DNA from: Phoronis australis
Lineage: Eukaryota > Animalia > Phoronida
Length of the DNA stretch: 64,000 bases
NCBI GenBank assembly: GCA_002633005.1
Contig: NMRA01000099.1
Location: forward strand, 894,199 to 958,198
Direction of reading: 5' to 3'
Below, piece by piece: positions 63,362 through 64,000 of the stretch. The notes under the pieces are model-generated. The model did not search any database. It saw nothing but the letters and a program-made list of their open reading frames with translations, and was not told the DNA's origin. The first letter of the stretch is position 1, and every line of letters begins with the position of its first letter. Made by a program: the position numbers and the translations under genes.

Positions 63362-64000
63362 TTTATTTATCGTAATCTATTTTGCCCTTGGTACGCCACG
63401 AGCTATGTTGCAGAGTAAAACAAGAGGAGGATTGGGAATATTTGTCATTTATTATGACGTAATAGATAAAACTAACTAAGACTCTGCAAGATGGGCATGC
63501 ACAAAACGCCCACCGGCGTGTACAATGAATAGCCCTGCAAGAGGGAACAAAACAAAAGAACTGCCTGAAGGGCTTAAGGAAAAGTACAGAACATGAACAC
63601 AAAACTTGAAAAAACCTAACAGGAAATGTATACGAGCAAAGAGAAAGTGGAACCGCCACCCGGGATGGGGGGTGGGGAAAAATGAAGAGAACGAACGTAG
63701 GTCTTGTAGACGACGAGGTAGGTGGCTGAATGAGAGACCACGTTGAACAGAACAAAGGAAATATGGGCGACCAATCAGGAGTCGCGTAGAGAAACGTATG
63801 AATACAAAAGTAGGCCCTAGAGGCTATAAATAGAGATGAGTAATACAAAATAAACCCTAAGGACTGGTCTCAAAATAAAGAGACAAGTGTCAAAATAATG
63901 ACGATAAATGCATTTAACAAGTTAAATTTAATTTATCGTAATCTATTTTGCCCGGGGTACGCCACGAGCTATGTTGCAGAGTAAAACAAGAGGAGGATTG
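63362..64000 (-). repeat. 566-bp-period direct repeat with LTR-like features, running off the window end
   Basis: ATTTATCGTAATCTATTTTGCCC..GGTACGCCACGAGC.. at 63365 recurs at 63931. The unit has TATAAATA at ~63825 and a minus-strand AATAAA at ~63448. Confidence 0.7.

Overview
Intron-rich, AT-rich eukaryotic (animal) genomic DNA. The mix of hAT, Harbinger, Kolobok, MULE and Academ-like elements suggests a marine invertebrate, but that is inference. Three protein-coding genes can be spliced by hand with consistent GT-AG sites and phases. (1) A 9-exon FLVCR/SLC49 MFS transporter (+, 9920-23320, ~478 aa). (2) An 8-exon GH1 beta-glycosidase (-, 36414-23589, ~526 aa). (3) Its head-to-head paralog (+, 43220-61075, ~524 aa). 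Both GH1s are single-domain, have signal peptides, intact catalytic glutamates and GPI-type C-termini. Introns and intergenic DNA are packed with MITEs and transposon remnants, many with readable TIRs and TSDs. The most notable non-gene feature is a 2.9-kb element (49510-52412) with CAC...GTG ends, a 5-bp TSD and decayed exon remnants facing inward from both ends, a Transib/RAG-like-transposon-style layout. The FLVCR homolog has Cys in place of a key substrate-binding Tyr. Most short ORFs in the six-frame track are non-coding noise.
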